64,000 nucleotides of DNA from Anthoceros angustus (Eukaryota > Plantae > Anthocerotophyta). The stretch covers positions 892,988 through 956,987 of the forward strand of contig MU008184.1 in assembly GCA_010909165.1 (NCBI GenBank), written 5' to 3'. Both the position numbers and the translations under genes were made by a program. Below the pieces are notes generated by a model that made no database searches, had not been told where the DNA came from, and worked only from the letters and a program-made list of their open reading frames with translations. The stretch's first letter is position 1; each line of letters starts with the position of its first letter. This document shows positions 63,691 through 64,000 of the stretch, one piece after another.

Positions 63691-64000
63691 TGGGAGTGCA
63701 TCCGTGGCTTCCGAGATGCATCCCCTCTAGCGGCCACACTTATCCCACTGCACTCAGACGCTGGGTTTCGGCCCCATGAGACTTGGGGAACTGATCTTGA
63801 GAAATCCACCACCACGCACTACACACCACCTCAGCCTTCTAAACAAGCAAGGCGCCTCTCACGCCTCCTCTACAGCAGCTACACCGCATCGCTCAGAATT
63901 CACCAAGCCTCATGCCTCCTCACGAGCACTCCCCGGGTTGAGATCCCCACGCCTCGTGGCTGGTTGGAGACGTCCCAATTAACTGAGGCGGTGTGCGAGA
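63691..64000 (-). repeat. Gypsy-type LTR-like unit, copy 3 (runs off the window)
   Basis: GGCTTCCGAGATGCA..CCTCTAGCGGCCACACTTATCCCACT is near-identical to 56803-56844. Confidence 0.7.

Overview
Land-plant nuclear DNA. The short spliceosomal introns and the Sola-like element suggest a non-seed plant, but that is inference. About 85% of the window is nested transposons around a two-gene island at 43-48.5 kb (casein kinase II alpha and a 15-exon DUF707 gene). In the left half, minus-strand Copia LTR retrotransposons are nested. Element B (4722-29342, TSD ACGTA) sits in the gag of element A. Element C (22309-28553, TSD GCGTT, LTRs 318/320 identical) sits in the leader of B. The main finding is a 9.4-kb DNA transposon (9156-18561) inserted in the integrase of B. 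It has 30-bp TIRs, a 4-bp AAAT TSD and a DDD transposase of the Sola/DUF7869 type. It also carries a divergently oriented, intron-containing cargo gene with a ParB/Srx-like domain and a prokaryote-style beta-class N4C/N6A DNA methyltransferase domain, plus a third unknown ORF. 30.8-38.4 kb holds two divergent orphan genes (one with at least 9 exons, missed by the ORF track) ending in a GC-rich multi-hairpin. The right half has Gypsy/chromovirus and Copia remnants and a PHT1 pseudogene between related Gypsy-type LTRs. TE reading frames are full of 1-2 bp indels while host genes are clean, so many frameshifts may be assembly consensus errors. All family assignments come from motif recognition by eye; no database searches were run.
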